From Squalus acanthias (taxonomy: Eukaryota), in contig CM059431.1 in NCBI GenBank assembly GCA_030390025.1, positions 143,966,001-144,030,000 on the forward strand: 64,000 nt of DNA. Reading direction: 5' to 3'. The notes under the pieces were generated by a model. It ran no database searches. It was not told the origin of the DNA and saw only the letters and a program-made list of their open reading frames with translations. The position numbers were made by a program, and so were the translations under genes. Positions 1 through 13,780 of the stretch are shown here, piece by piece; position 1 is the stretch's first letter, and every line of letters starts with the position of its first letter.

Positions 1-87
1 TGATCAGCAATGATCTCATTAAATGGTGGAAATGGCTGGCGGGGCCGAATGGCCTACTCCTGCTCCTATCTTAGATGTTTCTATGTT
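1..87 (+). mobile_element. CR1 LINE 3' tail fragment
   Basis: Carries GATCAGC..ATGATCT..GGCCGAATGGCCTACTCCTGCTCCT followed by a (TTCTATGT)n tail, the same 3' end as the other CR1 copies in the window. Confidence 0.85.
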
Positions 88-1372
88 TCAATGTAAAACG
101 CCATACACATCTCGCAGGATCCTGAAACAACGTGAAATCCCATCCACAACTGCCAGGTTCCCGAAACACTGAAACCCCATACACCCATGACAGAATCCTG
201 ATACACTGTGAAAGCCCATTAACACCTGGCAGGATCCAGGTACACTGTCAAATCGCATACACAGCTGATAGGATCCTGATACACTGTGAAACCCACTCAC
301 ACCTGGCAGGTTCATGATATATATGGGAAACACCATACAGACCTGACGGCATCCCGACATGCTCTGAAATCTGATACATACCTGACAGGATTCTGATACA
401 CTCTTAAAACCAATACATATCTGGCAGAAACCCGATACACTGTGAAAACCTATACACACCTGGTAGGTTCCAGATTCAATGTGAAAACCCATACTCAGCT
501 GGCAGGATCCTGAAACACTGAAACCCCATACACATCTGACAGCCTCCGGATAAACTGTGAAAGCCCGTACCTACCTTATAGGTTCCTGATACACTGTCAA
601 AGCCCATACACACCTGGCAGGATCCTGATACACTGTGAAACCCTATACACACCTGGCAGGGTTCTGATAAACTGTGATACCCCATACACATAAGGCAAGT
701 TCCTGATACACTGTGAAACCCCATGCACACCCGTAACTTTGCTGATACACTGTGAAATCCCTTACACACCTGGCAGAATCCTGATACACTGTGAAACTCC
801 TTACACACCTGACAGGATTCTGATACACAGTGAAACTCCTTACACACCTGACAGGAACTGATAAACTGTGGCATCCCATAAACAATATGCAGGTTCCAGA
901 TGAACTGTGAAAGAGCTTACACACTTGGCAGGATCCTGATACACTGAGAACCCCCATGCACAACTGGCATGATCCTGTGAACTGTGAAATCCAATAAACA
1001 TCTGGCAGGATCCATATAAAATGTGAAACCCCATACACAGCTCGAAATTTCCTGAGACAATGTGAAAACCCATCCACACTGGCAGGATCCTGATACACTG
1101 CGATAATCCATTCATACCTGGCAGGTTCCTGATACATTGTGAAACCCCTAACACAGCAGGCAGGATCCTGCTACACTGCGAAACCCCATACACAGCTGAC
1201 AGCATCCTGATACACTGTCAAACCCGATACACAGCAGGCAGGATCTGTTTAAACTGTCAAACCCCATATACAGCTGGCAGGATCCTGATACACTGTGAAA
1301 CCCCTTACAGTCCTTGCAGGATCCTGTGGACTGTGAAACCCCACAAATATCTGTCTGGATCCCGATACAATT
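88..1372. repeat. 39-bp satellite (GATCCTGATACACTGTGAAACCCCATACACACCTGGCAG)n with 37-bp variants
   Basis: Tandem unit read directly; it gives a 13-aa period (CQVCMGFHSVSGS) in the ORF track. Confidence 0.95.
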
Positions 1373-1394
1373 TAAAAGATATATCAACAGAGAA

Positions 1395-2520
1395 CTTGGA
1401 AAACAGGTAAATCATGCTTGACTAATCTACTGGAATTTTTTGAGGATGTAACTGGTAGAATAGATAAGGGAGAACAAGTGGATATGGAGTATTTGGACTT
1501 TCAGAAGGCTTTCGATAATGCCCCGCATAAGAGATTAGCGTGCAAAGTTAAATCACACGGGATTGGGGGTAAGGTATTGTCTTGGATACAGAACAGGTTT
1601 GCAGACAGGAAGCAAAGAGTTGGAATAACCGATCTTTTTCCCGAGTGGCAGGAAGTGACTAGTGGGGTACCGAAAGGATCGGTGCTAGGACCTCAGCTAT
1701 TCACAATATATATAAATGATCTAGATGAGGCAACTAGATATAATATCTTCAAGTTTGAAGACGACACAAAGCTGGGTGGGAGTGTATGCTGTGAGGAGGA
1801 TGCAGACAAACTCCAGCATGATTTAGAGAGTTTGAATGATTGAGCAGAGGCATGGAAAATGCAGTATAATGAGGATAAATGCGAGGTTATCCACTTCGGT
1901 GGCAAAAAGAGGAGGAGAGATTATAATCTGAATGTCAACAGATTGGGAAAAGGGGAAGTGCAACGAGACCTGGGTGTTCTTGTGCACCAGTCGCTGAAGG
2001 TAAACATGCAAGTGCAGCAGGCGGGTAAGAAGGCAAATGGAATGCTGGCCTTCAAAGCGAGAGGATTCGAGTACAGGAGCAAGGATGTCTTACGGCAGTT
2101 CCACAGGGCCTTGGTGAAACCACACCTTGAATATTGTGTGCAGTTTTCGTCCCCTTATCTGAGGAAGGATATTCTTGACATGGAGAGAGTGCAGCGAAGA
2201 TTCACCAGACTGATACCTGGGATGGCAGGAATGATGTATGAGTAGAGATTGGGTCGATTAGACTTATATTCGCGAGAGTTCAGAAGAATGAGAGGGGATC
2301 TCATTGAAACGTATTAAAATATTACTGGACTAGACAGACTAGATGCAGGAAGGATATTCCCGATGGCGGGGAGTCCAGAACCAGGGGTCACAGTCTAAGG
2401 ATAAGGGGTAAAACATTTAGGACTGAGATGAGGAGGAATTTCTTCACCCAGAGAGTGGTGAACCTGTGGAATTCTGTACCACACAAAGCAGTTGAGGCCA
2501 ATTCATTAAATATATTCAAG
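1395..2520 (+). mobile_element. 5'-truncated decayed CR1, RT region; continues at 8077-8250
   Basis: Motifs [29 protein letters not shown] and FEDDTKL, with several stops. It breaks at ATTCAAG (2514-2520) and resumes at ATTCAAG (8077-8083). Confidence 0.92.
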
Positions 2521-2869
2521 CAGCGGATATGCCAGTGTTGGACTGGGGTGGACAAAAGTGAGAAGTCGCACAACACCAGGTTATAGTCCAATAGTTGTAT
2601 TTGAAATCACAAGCTTTCGGAGCTGCTGCCCCTTCGTCGGGTGAAGTGAGGGAATACGAATCGGCAAAGCACATATAGACGGAGAACAATGCATGTGTAG
2701 CTTACAATGTCAGACGACTACCGTTAATCTTTCTGACTGCCGTTTATCACACCTAGGCAGAGAAACATAGAAACATAGAAACATAGTAAATAGGTGCAGG
2801 AGTAGACCATTCGGTCCTTCGAGCCTGCACCGCCATTCAATGCGTTCATGGCTGAACATGCTACCGCAG

Positions 2870-5807
2870 TACCCCATTCCTGCTTTCTCGCCATACCCCT
2901 TGATCCCCCTAGTTGTGAGTATTATATCTAACTCCCTTTTGAATATATTTAGCGAACTGGCCTCAACAACCTTCTGTGGTAGAGAATTCCACAGATTCAC
3001 CACTCTCTGGGTGAAGAAGTTCCTCCTCATCTCAGTCTTAAATGGCTTCCCCCTTTATCCTTAGACTGTGACCCCTGGTTTTAGTTTTCCCTAACATTGG
3101 AAACATTCTGCCCGCATCTAATTTGTCTAAACCAGTCAGGATTTTAAACGTCTCTATAAGATCCCCCCTCATTCTTCTGAACTCCAGAGGATACAAGTTC
3201 AGTTGATCCAGTCTTTCTTGATATGTCAGTCTGGCCATCCCAGGAATCAATCTAGTGAACCTTCGTTGCACTCCCTCAATAGCAAGAATGTCCTTCCTTA
3301 AGTTAGGAGACCAAAACTGCACACAATACTCCAGGTGTGGCCTCACCAAGGCCCTGTACAACTGTAGCATCACCTCCCTACTCCTGTACTCAAATCCCCT
3401 TGCTATGAAGGCCAGCATGCCATTTGCTTTCTTGACTGCCTGCTGCACTTGCCTTCCCACCTTCAGTGACTGATGTACCATGACGCCCAGGTCTCTTTGC
3501 TCCTCCCCTTTTCCTAATCTGCCACCATTCAGGTAAAAGTCTGCCTCCCTATTTTTACCACCAAAGTGGATAACCTCACATTTATCCACATTATACTTCA
3601 TCTGCCATACATTTGCCCATTCACCCAACCTGTCCAAGTCACTCTGTAGCCTCCTAGCATCCTCCTCATTGTTCACACTGCCTCCCAATTTAGTGTCATC
3701 CGCAAATTTGGAGATATTACAATTAATCCCTTCGTCCAAATCATTAATATATAATGTAAACAGCTGGGGCCCCAGCACCGAACCTTGCGGTACCCCGCTG
3801 GTCACTGCCTGCCATTCTGAAAAGTACCCATTTACTCCTACTCTTTGTTTCCTGTGTGCCAACCAGTTCTCAATCCACGTCAACACATTACCCCCAATCC
3901 CATGTGCTTTAACTTTGCACACCAATCTCTTGTGTGGGACCATGTCGAAGGCCTTCAGGAAGTCCAAATATACCACATCTACTGGTTCCCCCCCCCGTCC
4001 ACCCTATTGGAAACATCCTCAAAAAATTCCAGAAGATTTGTCAAGCATGATTTCCCTATCACAAATCCATGCTGACTTGGACCTATCATGTCGCCACTTT
4101 CCAAATGGTCTGTTATGACATCTTTGATAATTGATTCCATCATTTTACTCACCACCGATGTCAGGCTGACCGGTCTATAATTCCCTGCTTTCTCCCTCCC
4201 TCCTTTTTTAAAAAGAGGGGTTACATTAGCCACCCTCCACTCCTTCGGAACTGATCCAGAGTCTAAGGAATGTTGGAAAATGATCGTCAATGCATCCACT
4301 ATTTCCAAGGCCACCTCCTTAAGTACTTTGGGATGCAGACCATCAGGCCCTGGGGATTTATCAGCCTTCAGTCCCATCAATTTCCCCAACACCTTTTCCC
4401 GACTGATAAGGATTTCCCTCAGCTCCTCCCTCTTACCAGATCCTTTGATCTCTTTTATTTCCGGAACCTTGTTTGTGTCCTCCACAGTAAACACCGAACC
4501 AAAGTACTTGTTCAATTGATCTGCCATTTCTTTGTTCCCCATTAAGACTTCACCTGTTTCTGACTGCAGGGGACCTACGTTTGTTTTTACTAACCTCTTT
4601 CTTTTTACATATTTATAGAAGCTTTTGCAGTCCGTTTTAATGTTCTCCGCAAGCTTCCTTTCATATTTTATTTTCCCTGCCCTAATCAAACCCTTCGTCC
4701 TCCTCTGCTGAGTTTTAAAGTTCTCCCAGTCCCCGGGTTTGCTGCTACTTCTGGCCAATTTGTATGCCACTTCCTTGCTTTTAATACTATCCCTGATTTC
4801 CCTTGTTAGCCATGGTTGAGCCACCTTCCCTTTTTTATTTTTACGCCAGACAGGGATGTACAATTGCTGTAGTTCATCCATGCGATCTCTAAATGTCTGC
4901 CATTGCCCTTCCACTGATAAACCCTTAAATATCGCTTGCCAATCTAACCTCGCCAATTCACGCCTCATACCCTCAAATTTGCCCTTATTTAAGTTCTGGA
5001 CCATGGTCTTTGAATTAACTGCTTCCTTCTCCATCCTAATGTAGATCTCCACCATACTATGGTCACTCTTCCCCAAGGGGCCTCGCACCACAAAATTGCT
5101 GATTAATCCTTCCTCATTACACAACACCCAGTCCAGGATGGCCTCCCCTCTAGTTGGTTCCTCAACATATTGGTTTAGGAAACCATCCCTTAAACACTCC
5201 AGGAAATCCTCCTCCACCCTATTGCTTCCAGTTTGAGTAGTCCAATCTATATGCATATTAAAGTCACCCATGATAACTGCTGCGCCTTTTTTGCATGCAC
5301 CTCTGATTTCCTGTTTCATACCCTTCCCCACCTCACTACTACTGTTTGGAGGTCTGTACACAACCCCCACTAACGTTTTCTGCCCTTTGGTGTTCTGCAG
5401 CTCAACCCATATTGATTCCACATCCTCCAAGCTAATGTCCTTCCTAGCTATTGCATTAATCTCCTTTTTTAACCAGCAATGCTACCCCAACCCCCTTTTC
5501 CTTTTATTCTATCCTTCCTGAATGTTGAATACCCCTGGATATTCAGTTCCCAGCCTTGATTGTTCTGGAGCCACGTCTCTGTTATCCCAATCACATCATA
5601 TCCGTTAACATCAATTTGCACAGTCAATTCATCCACCTTATTACGGATACTCCTTGCATTAAGACACAGAGCCTTTAGGCTTGTTTTATTAACACCCTTT
5701 GTCCTTTTAGACTTATGATTTAGCATGGCCCTTTGTGTTTCTTGCTTTTGTTTACTCGGATTTCCCTTATTGTTTCTCACCCTTCTAACATTTGTTTCTG
5801 ACTGCAT
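2870..5807 (-). pseudogene. CR1 ORF2 (AP endonuclease plus RT), broken only by small frameshifts
   Basis: LNARSIRNK, GITETW, YRPP, MGDFN, SDH, PGPDG, YLDFLKAFD, GVPQGSVLGP and FADDTKL. Frameshifts at ~5490, ~5465, ~3990 and ~3050. Confidence 0.92.
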
Positions 5808-5854
5808 ATTACTACCCCCTGTTTCGCTACATTGGTTCCCATTCCCCTGCCATA

Positions 5855-6799
5855 TTAGTTTAAATCCTCCCGAACTGCCTTAGCAAATATTAAACCGAGG
5901 ACATCGGTTCCAGTCCTGCCCAAGTGCAGACCGTCCCTATTGTACAGGTCCCACTTCCCCCAGAACTGGTTCCAATGCCTCAGGTATTTGAATCCCTCCC
6001 TCCTGCACCACTGCTCAAGCCACGTATTTAATCTCGCTATCCTCTTCATGCTACTCTGATTAGCACGTGGCACTGGTAGCAACCCAGAGATTACTACCTT
6101 TGAGGTCCTACTTTTCAACTTAGCTCCTAGCTCCCTAAATTCTGCTTGTAGGACCTCTTCCCGCTTTTTACCTATATCGTTCGTACCTACATGCACCACG
6201 ACAGCTGGCTCTTCACCCTCCCTTTCCAGAATGTTCTGCAGCCGCTCCGAGACATCCTTAACCCTTGCACCAGGGAGGCAACATACCATCCTGGAATCTC
6301 GGTTGCGGCCACATAAACTCCTGTCTATTCCCCTTACAATTGAGTCCCCTATCACTATAGCTCTACCACTCTTTTTACCGCCCTGCTGTGCAGCAGAGCC
6401 AGCCATGGTGCCATGAACCTGGCTGCTGGTGCCTTCCCCTGGTAGGTCATTTCCCCCAACAGTATTCAAAACGGTATATCTGTTTTGGAGGGAGACGACC
6501 GCAGGGGACTCCTGCACTACCTTCCTGATATTGCCCTGCCTCTTGGTCAGCCATTTACTGTCTGACCTAGCCTTTACCCGCGGTGTGTTCAACTCACTAA
6601 ATGAGTAATCCACAAAGTTCTCGGCATCGTGGATGCTCCAGAGTGAGTCCATCCGCAGCTCCAGTGACGCCATGCGGTCTGACAGGAGCTGCAGCTGGAC
6701 GCACTTCCTGCACACATAGTTGTCAGGGACACTGGAAGTGTCCCTGATTTCCCATATAGCACAGGAGGAGCACGAAACGGTTCCGAGATTTCCGGCCAT
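5855..6799 (-). CDS. CR1 ORF1 protein (Cys finger, leucine zipper, SGNH/GDSL esterase-like domain), 314 aa, open
   Basis: CSSC..CRKC, a heptad stretch, VIGDSIVR, VHVGTNDI and DGLHL. Confidence 0.92.
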   Translation of the reverse strand: MAGNLGTVSCSSCAIWEIRDTSSVPDNYVCRKCVQLQLLSDRMASLELRMDSLWSIHDAENFVDYSFSELNTPRVKARSDSKWLTKRQGNIRKVVQESPAVVSLQNRYTVLNTVGGNDLPGEGTSSQVHGTMAGSAAQQGGKKSGRAIVIGDSIVRGIDRSLCGRNRDSRMVCCLPGARVKDVSERLQNILEREGEEPAVVVHVGTNDIGKKREEVLQAEFRELGAKLKSRTSKVVISGLLPVPRANQSSMKRIARLNTWLEQWCRREGFKYLRHWNQFWGKWDLYNRDGLHLGRTGTDVLGLIFAKAVREDLN

Positions 6800-8076
6800 G
6801 ACTTAACCCTTATATTACTTTATTAAGTTAAGTCCCTGAAAACAAAATATAAATCGAACCTACCTTTTAAATTCCCTCTCCCCCTAAAGGTTAGAGGAGG
6901 TGGGAGGGTGGGAGACACTACTAGTGTAGTGTCTCGGGTTTAGCAACAGCTCCACTTATATACGGGTACCAATGAATTGGCCCCGCCCTCTGAATTTGAA
7001 CCCTGCTGATTGATTAGAAAACTGGTTTCCACTGACTGCTGTGCCAATTTACTGCTACTGCAGTGTAACCTTGTTTTACTCTTCTTAAACCAACAGAATC
7101 CCAAAAAGTTAACTTTTCCCCTTCACTTAAACTGCTTAAGTACTCTTATCAAGAATGATTTAAAGAGATCTAACAATTAAAGAACTACTCCCACTTACCC
7201 AAACTCACAGCACTCTCTGCTGACTTGCACGCAGTGCTGGCTCGCACTCACACTGGTCTTTTTATACTGTTTGTTTACAGCCAAATGAGTCACCCCTGCT
7301 GATTCATTAGAAAACTGGTTTCCACTGCCTGCTGTGCCAATTTACTGCTACTACAGTGTAACCTTGTTTTACTCTTCTTAAACCAACAGAATCAGGTTCA
7401 GTCAGGAAGGCATTATATCAAAGACATAGCAAGATACAACTAAGACATGAGGTGGGGTCACAGGGGGTCAATGTGTCAAATGCAGTCTGTATGGAAAATC
7501 ATAAACTTTAAAATGTTTACTTTTTTTTACTGGAAATTACATCTGTGAACAAGCCAACGACGACTCGAGTCTGGATGACTCTACGTCATGTAACGTGACA
7601 TGAACCCAAGATCCCGGTTGAGGTAGTCCTCATGGGTGCGGAACTTGGCTATCAGTTTCTGCTCGATGATTTTGCGTTGTCGTGTGTCGTCGTTGGCTTG
7701 TTCACAGATGTGATTTCCAGTTAAAAAAAAGTGAACATTTTTAAATTAATGGTTTTCCATACAGACTGCATTTGACACATTAGACCCCCTGTGACCCCAC
7801 CTCATTGTCTTAGTTGTATCTTGCTATGTCTTTGATATAATGCCTTCCTGACTGACCCTGATTCTTTCTCTGCCGAGGTGTGATAAACAGCATTCAGAAA
7901 GATTAACTGTAGTCGTCTGACATTGTACGCTACACAGGCATTGTTCTCTGTCTATATATGCTTTGCCGATTCGTATTCCTTCACTTCACCTGACGAAGGT
8001 GCAGCAGCTCCGAAAGCTTGTGATTTCAAGTAAAACTGTTGGACTATAAACTGGTGTTGTGCGACTTCTCACTTAA

Positions 8077-8250
8077 ATTCAAGAAGGAGTTATATACATT
8101 TCCTAAGGCTAAAGGGATCAAGGGATATGGGGAGAAAACAGGGACAGCGTACTGAATTTGGATGATCAGCCATGGACTCATTAAATGGCGGAACAGGCTC
8201 GCGGGGCCGAATTGCCTACTACTGCTCCTATCTTCTATGTTTCTATGTTT
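8077..8250 (+). mobile_element. 3' end of the CR1 that starts at 1395
   Basis: FKKELYTFPKAKGIKGYGEKTGTAY* followed by the CR1 3'UTR and tail. Confidence 0.88.
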
Positions 8251-10490
8251 CAATATAAAACGCCATACACATCTCGCAGGATCCTGAAACAATGTGAAAT
8301 CCCATCCACACCTGGCATGTTCCTGATACACTGTGCAACCCCATACACACATGACAGCATCCTGATACACTGTGAAACCCCATACACAGTAATCAGGATC
8401 CTGTAACCCTGTCAAACCGCATACACAGCTGGCAGGATCGTGATACACTGTGATACCCCATACACACCTGGCTGGTTCATGATACACTGTGAAACGCCAT
8501 ACACAGCTGGCAGGTTCCTGATACACTGTGATACCCCATAAACATCTGGCAGGATCCTGATACACTGAAAACCCAAACACACCTGGCATGATTCCGATAC
8601 ACTATGCAATCCCATACACAACTGCAGATTCCTGATGCACTGTGAAACCCCATATACACCTGGCTGGTTCATGATACAATTTGAAACCCGATATACACCT
8701 GGCAGGATCCTGATAAACTGTGAAACCCCATACACACCTGGCATGATTCCGAAACACTATGCAATCCCATACACAATTGCAGATTCCTGATGCACTGTAC
8801 TACCCCATACAGATCTGGCAGGATCCCGATAGACTGTGAGACCACATAACAGCTGGCAGTATCCTGATACACTGAAACACCAAACACACCTGGCATGATC
8901 TCGATACACTGTGAAACTCCATACACATCTGGCAGGATCCTGAAAACATGTGAAACCCCAAATACACCTTGCAGGTTCCTGATACACTGTGAAACCCTAT
9001 AAACACCAGGCAGGTTCTTGATACACTGAAACCTCATATACACCTGGCATGATCCCGATTCACTGTGGAACTCCATACACACCTGACAGGATCCTGATAC
9101 ACTGAAACCCCATAAACACCTGGCATGATACAGATACACTATGCAATCCCATACACAACTGCAAGATTCCTGATGCAGTGTGAAAGCCCATACACACCTG
9201 GCAGGTTCCTAATACAATTTGAGACACCATATGCACCTGGCAGGAACCTGATACAATGTGAAACCCCATACACAGCTGGCAGATTCCTGATACACTGTCA
9301 AACCCCATACACAGCTGGCAGGATTCTGATACACTGTAAAAGCTAATACTCACCTGGCAGGTTCGTGATACACATTGAAACCCGATACACATCTGGCAGG
9401 ATCCTGATGCACTGTGAAACCCCATACACATCTGGCAGGATCCTGATGCATTGTGAAATCCGATAAACACCTGGCAGTTTCCAGGTACACTGTGAAACCC
9501 CATACCGATCTGTCAGAAACCTGATACACTATAAAATCCCATACACAACTAGAAGATTCCTGATGCACTGCGAAACCCCATACACACCTGGCAGAATCCC
9601 GATACACTGTGAAACCCCATTCACACCTGGATAGTTCCTGATACAGTGTGAAACCCCATATACACCAGGCAGTTTCTTGATACACTGAAACCCCATATAC
9701 AACTTGCAGGATCCTGATACACTGTGAAACCCCATAACACCTGGCAGGATCCTGATACACTGAAACCCCATGCACACCTAGCATGATCCCGATCAATGGT
9801 GAAACTCCGTACAAACCTGGCAGGATCCTGATACACTGTGAAGTCCCATACATAAATGTAATTTCCTAATACATTGTGAATCCCAATACACACATGGCAG
9901 AATTCCGATACACTGTGAAACCCCATACAAACCTTGCAGTTTCCTGATACAATGTGAAACCCAAATACCCCAGGTATGTTCTTGATACACTGAAACCCCA
10001 TACACAACTGGCAGGATCCTCATACACTGTGAAACTCCATACGCACCTTGCAGGTTCCTGATACACTGTGAAACCCCATAACACCTTGCAGGATCCTGAT
10101 AAACTGAAATTCCATACACACCTGGCAGAATCCTGATACACTGTGGAACTCCATACACACTGGCAGCATTCTAATTCACTGTGAAACCCCATACCCACCT
10201 GGCAGCTTTCTGATACACTGTGAAACACCATACACACTTGGCCGAATCCTGATATACTTTGAAAACTCATACAAACCTGGAAGGACCCTGATACATTGTG
10301 AAAACCCACACACATCCGGTCGGATCCTGATACACAGTGAAACCCCATACACACCAGGCAGGTTCCTTATATACTGTGAATCTCCATATACACCTGGGAG
10401 TACCTGATAGATTGTGAAACCCCATACACACCTGGCAGGATCCTGATACACTGTGAAACACCATACACACCTGGCAGGATCACGAAACAG
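8251..10490. repeat. 39-bp satellite, same family as 88-1372
   Basis: Tandem GATCCTGATACACTGTGAAACCCCATACACACCTGGCAG units. Confidence 0.95.
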
Positions 10491-11589
10491 CGTCAAAGGA
10501 GCGTTGAAAGCTGCCCACAAAGATTTGACCATATTTAGACCACAGACTTGCTGCCATCAGACGTCTTTTCCAGCGCAGCGCCCTCTACAGTGGATCTGTG
10601 GACTGTGAGCAGGAGAAGGAATCAGCGAGGCTCTTCAACCAGTCTCGTGGAAGGACCCTCACTGAGAGGCGCAGATTCAAAACCAGAAATTATAAAACAG
10701 AAACTATAAATTACATTTATATCATGTTGATGACATGAAATAACGTTGGGAAATATATGTGTGATTAAGGAAGAGAGATAAAAGAGACAAACAGAAATAG
10801 TAAATATAAATATTTATTTTTTAAATCTGCAACATTAATTTTCTTCTGTGGGTATGAGACTCCACACATTTATAATTATTTTTTCAGTGCCAGAGAGATA
10901 GTTCAGCAGCAATTATCACTTATTTGGCCGTTTAAAAACTCACTTAATCCTGAATGCATTAGCCCTAACTCTTTCAGCAGTCTTTAGTGTGGAACTACTG
11001 TGTAAGTACCCCAAGCTTACGCCGCTGCAGTGATTTCAATGCAACTCTATCGGCGAGGATTGCAACAGCGCCTCTTCTGGAAGAAAAGGGTCTCTCTGAC
11101 AGCATCTTCTGCATTTCCACGTTTAACTGCGCATGTGCGGACACAAGATGTTGCTGTCAATTTTGCCCAGCAATAACGGCGAGCGCTGATAGTCTCGCCA
11201 TTATTATTAAAGCCAAATCCGAGCCAATGTTCAGGCTGACTAGAAGGTTATTGTCTAGCTTCCCAATTGCCGTGAAAGGGCGAACATTATTCTTCTCAAA
11301 GAATAGTCCTTAAATTCGCGTGTCTTTTTAGACCCAATGTAATGACTAACGGAACATATGTTGGTTCCCAAACCTGCAGTATAGAAAACTAAGACCAAAA
11401 TTAAACAACGGTGTGTAATTATTGATAGAACATTTCAAATGAACTGTAAATGTTTTATGCTCTAATATTACACTGAGTGAAGTGGGCTATAGTTCTATTT
11501 CTGTTTCTAATCGGTGATATGACAGGATTGTTATAAAACTCATTCAATGACATGATGTGTAAAACTGCTGAAACTTTTTTTCGCAATTT

Positions 11590-12312
11590 CTGAAACACAA
11601 CCTGAATTTCCGATTGGAGGCTTCCTGCGAGCGGATACCTCCGATCGGAAAAAACAATCTACGAACCTACCTGTTGGTTCTGTAGATCCCGAGGCTTGCG
11701 ATCCTGGGCCTCTCCGGGTCCGCGCTGGTAGAGGCACACGTATCCCAGGGGCACATGTGGTTCGCAAGCGCCCCTGGGATCACGTGGTCCAGGCAAAACA
11801 ATCAGAAAGTGGAATGCCTCTTCATACTTTTGACAGGTCTGTTCGCACAGAACTCTCAATGTATGAATGGGGATCACATTTAAAAGCGCACTAAAACATT
11901 AAATATTTAAAAAAAAAATTACATTAGTAAAATTAATTACAATGCCATTTAAATAAAAAAAATGTTTTAAATTAAAATATTTGGAAAAAAAATGCTTTTT
12001 TGGATCTAAAAATAAACGTAGCTTTTTGAAGAGTATTTTTAATTTATAAATGAGTTATGAAATTTAATGTTTCTATTCTTCAACATTGCTTTTAACAAGC
12101 ATAAGAATTCTATGGCCTTTCAGCGGGCGGATGTTGTGCAAAAAGCGCAACTCTCCACCTGCAGAGGCACTTTCCCCGGGCAGGTGGAACTTGACAGATG
12201 GCAAGTATGGTTTTCAGCGTGTGCGCTTTTACTGCCTGAAACCGGGACTTGCGAGTCCCCTACGGGTGGGTACCCACCTCGTACGCACCCGTGTGGGTCG
12301 GAAAATCCGGCC
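11590..12312. mobile_element. Probable non-autonomous DNA transposon or MITE remnant
   Basis: GC-rich ends with imperfect inverted similarity (CCTGAATTTCCGA.. / ..TCGGAAAATCCGGCCC) around an AT-rich core. Confidence 0.4.
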
Positions 12313-12859
12313 CATTACAAAAGGAGAACGATTAGTTAGTGAACATGGATATTTGGCCTAAAATAAGCCGGTCGCTGTTATAGAGATGACCCACTTACCC
12401 CTCCTCTCCATGTATATACACAAACACGTTCAATTGTCCCTACCCCGTCAAACACTGCCCCATTGCTGTGCTTCTCTGGTAACTGCTCCACCCGATCTAT
12501 TACCCTATGGGTGACAAAAATACCCTGATTTACCTTCTTACTTCTGGCTTCCAATCCACTCCATTATTAATTATATTTCTAATTGTTGCCTGTTTCCTGC
12601 ATTAATTTTGTGAATTCAATTAAAATATTTTAATACCGAAGGCTCTTGACCAAACAAAACTCATCAAACCCTTCTCACAGCCTAAACTCTGGATATCTTA
12701 AATCATCTTTCTCAGTGCATACAATACACCGGATAACCTGCACAAGTCAGGAAACAATAACAAATTACCTCCTGTCTATTCACAGTCTGTTCCCCGCTCA
12801 GTGCACACAATACCCCGGATAACCTGCCCAAACCCTTGAGACATTTTGTGTGAACCTTC

Positions 12860-13780
12860 TGTTAAGGGAGGGAAAGGTTTAGGGTGGTAATTCCTGAGCT
12901 CAGCGTCCTGGCAGCTGAAGCACAGCCGGCAATGATGGAGCGAAGTAAATCCGGTATGCGAAAGGCGCATGAATTGGAGGAGCGCAGTTATCTCGGAGGA
13001 TTGTGTGACTGGAGGTGTTTACATAGATAACGAGTGGGCGAGGACATGGAGGAATTCGAAAATAAGAATGCGAATTTTTAAATCGAGACGTTGCCAGACC
13101 GGGAGCCAAGTGGCACACGGGAAATGGGTAAAAAGGATTGATGGGAATTCGGATATGGGCAGCAGAGTTTTAAATGAGCTTGTTTATGGAGGGTGTGAGG
13201 TGGGAGGACAGCTATGAAGAGAGACTTGACAGGCTGGGGTTGTTTTCCTTAGAGCAGAGAAGGCTGAGGGGGGACCTGATTGAGGTGTACAAATTTATGA
13301 GGGGCATATATATGCTAGACATAAAGAACTTTTTCCCTTAGTACAGGGGTCAATAACCAGGGGGCATAGTTTCAAGGTAAGGGGCATGAGGTTTAGAGGG
13401 GATTTGAGGAAAAACTTTTTCACCCAGAGGGTGGTTGGAATCTGGAACTCACTGCCTGAAAGGGTGGTAGAGGCAGGAACCCTCACAACATTCAAGAAGC
13501 ATTTAGATGAGCACTTGAAACGCCATAGTATACAAGGCTACGGACCAAGTGCTGGAAAATTGGATTAAAATAGACAGGGCTTGAAGTCCGGCGCGGACAC
13601 GATGCGCCGAAGGGCCTCTTTCTGTTCTGTATAACTCATTGACTCTATGAGTCCGGATGTGACAAGGAGTACGGATGAGGGTTGCAGCAGCAGATGAGCT
13701 GAGGCAAGGGTGGAGACGGACGGCATGGCAGAGGTGGAAATAGGCAGACTTCGTGAAGAAGATATGGGGTCGGATGGTTA
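12860..13780 (-). mobile_element. Decayed L2-like LINE fragment interrupted by a CR1 3' fragment (13214-13648, +)
   Basis: The inner piece reads RGDLRKNFFTQRVVGIWNSLP. The outer pieces resemble L2 ORF2 C-terminal sequence. Confidence 0.55.

Larger units (their letters stand above)
2762..7390 (-). mobile_element. Near full-length CR1 LINE (5'UTR, ORF1, ORF2, (TTCTATGT)n tail)
   Basis: ORF1 and APE-RT ORF2 are in the expected order. The tail AGAAACATAGAAACATAG starts at 2761, and there is a ~98-bp direct repeat in the 5'UTR (7002-7100 and 7295-7393). Confidence 0.95.
2521..8076 (-). mobile_element. Truncated Penelope-like element with inverted pseudo-LTRs, split by a CR1 insertion
   Basis: Minus strand ~7585-7690 reads DTRQRKIIEQKLIAKFRTHEDYLNRDLGFMSRY, a GIY-YIG C-terminus. 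2556-2765 plus 7389-7564 is the reverse complement of 7686-8074. Flanked by a 7-bp ATTCAAG duplication. Confidence 0.8.

Noticed and set aside
88..10532. Cys/His-rich ORFs resembling zinc-finger or CxxC repeat proteins
   Set aside because: They are translations of the 39-bp satellite, open in several frames with frequent phase slips.
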